NCBI GenBank assembly: GCA_026225155.1
Contig: JAMFSG010000078.1
Coordinates: forward strand, 1 to 27,116
Length of the DNA: 27,116 bases
DNA from: Verrucomicrobiota bacterium
GTDB taxonomy: Bacteria; Verrucomicrobiota; Verrucomicrobiia; Limisphaerales; UBA11358
Reading direction: 5' to 3'
Shown here: positions 26,240-27,116 of the stretch, in pieces
Position numbering within the stretch: position 1 is the stretch's first letter
Layout: each line of letters begins with the position of its first letter
Made by a program: the position numbers and the translations under genes
The notes under the pieces: generated by a model
What the model was told of the DNA's origin: nothing
The model's database searches: none
Seen by the model: only the letters and a program-made list of their open reading frames with translations

Positions 26240-27115
26240 TCACTCAAAATTTTCCACCCGAATCATCACGGGTTTGCCTTTGACGGCCGGCAATTGCGCG
26301 ATTTTGGCGAGCGCTTTTTTGACCGCGCCGTTCGTCGCGTAATGCAGCATGAAGATCAGCGGCACAAAATCACCTTCATGACCTTCGGGCTGGATGACGG
26401 ATGAAATCCCGATTTTCGACTGGCCGAAAATCGTGGCGACGCGCGCGAGTGCGCCCGGTTTGTCCGCGACGTTGAGGCGGACAAAATATTGCGAAACCAC
26501 TTCGTCAATCGGCGCGACTTTGCCGGAACATTCGTGCGGCGTGAACGGCGGGATGCGATGTTTATTGGCGAATTTCAGGTCGAGCGCGGCATCCGCGAGA
26601 TCGCTCAAAACCGCGCTGGCTGTCGCGTCTTTGCCCGCACCGCGTCCGTAAAAAAGTGAATCGCCGACGACATCGCCGTGAACAAAAACGGCGTTGAACG
26701 CATAATTCACACTCGCGAGAACGTGCGTGTTCGGCACGAGCGTTGGATAAACGGAAACTTGCACGCGGCAGCCATCGTCCAATTTTTTCACGACGCCGAG
26801 CAGCTTGATCGTGTAACCGAGTTTGCCGGCGAATTTGATGTCGAGCGCGGAAATGTGGCGGATGCCTTCGACGTGAATTTTTTTCGGGTTCACCCAAAAA
26901 CCATGCGCGAGTGATGCGAGAATACCGATCTTGTGCGCGGCGTCGTGGCCGTCAATGTCGAGATCGGGCGGCGTTTCGGCGTAACCCAATTTTTGCGCGT
27001 CCGCGAGAACTTCGGCGAAGTCCGCGCCTTCGAGTTTCATGCGCGTGAGGATGTAATTACACGTCCCGTTGACGATACCGTAAAGCGCGGTGATGCGGTT
27101 GCCGACGAAACCTTC
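26240..27115 (-). CDS. hom: Homoserine dehydrogenase with C-terminal ACT domain, 5'-truncated by window edge
   Basis: GIVNGTCNYILTRM, AQKLGYAE, DIDGHDAAHK, YGRGAG and DKPGALA. The frame is open to the window end. Confidence 0.95.
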   Translation of the reverse strand, partial: EGFVGNRITALYGIVNGTCNYILTRMKLEGADFAEVLADAQKLGYAETPPDLDIDGHDAAHKIGILASLAHGFWVNPKKIHVEGIRHISALDIKFAGKLGYTIKLLGVVKKLDDGCRVQVSVYPTLVPNTHVLASVNYAFNAVFVHGDVVGDSLFYGRGAGKDATASAVLSDLADAALDLKFANKHRIPPFTPHECSGKVAPIDEVVSQYFVRLNVADKPGALARVATIFGQSKIGISSVIQPEGHEGDFVPLIFMLHYATNGAVKKALAKIAQLPAVKGKPVMIRVENFE

Positions 27116-27116
27116 C

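Noticed and set aside
11236-26242. Alternative genetic code (TGA as sense)
   Set aside because: TGA ends xseB, xseA, hom and the toxin at their expected lengths, and the long conserved genes contain no internal TGA.

Overview
Bacterial window of moderately high GC. Gene content and the H-X9-DG pilin-like genes suggest Verrucomicrobiota/PVC (inference). The left ~12 kb is accessory: after a 5'-truncated kbl come three secreted glycosidases (GH95-like, GH35+F5/8C, GH78) interleaved with two N-methyl pilin-like/H-X9-DG genes. The right ~15 kb is mostly minus-strand housekeeping genes: dxs, xseB, xseA, an M14 peptidase, bioB, lepB, leuA, aspartokinase, thrC and a truncated hom. Small insertions interrupt it: a HEPN-motif gene after bioB and a MazF/PemK-type TA pair between hom and thrC. 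Notable structure not shown by the ORF track: (i) xseA is one continuous frame broken only by an in-frame TGA that is followed by a hairpin and an 8-bp tandem repeat; (ii) a complete leucine attenuator with an apparently leaderless 21-aa leader peptide; (iii) two apparently circularly permuted accessory domains inserted in the GH78; (iv) many intergenic gaps filled with palindromic elements of several families, often nested inside each other. No rRNA, tRNA, CRISPR array or transposase was recognised. Family assignments come from motif recognition by eye, without database searches.
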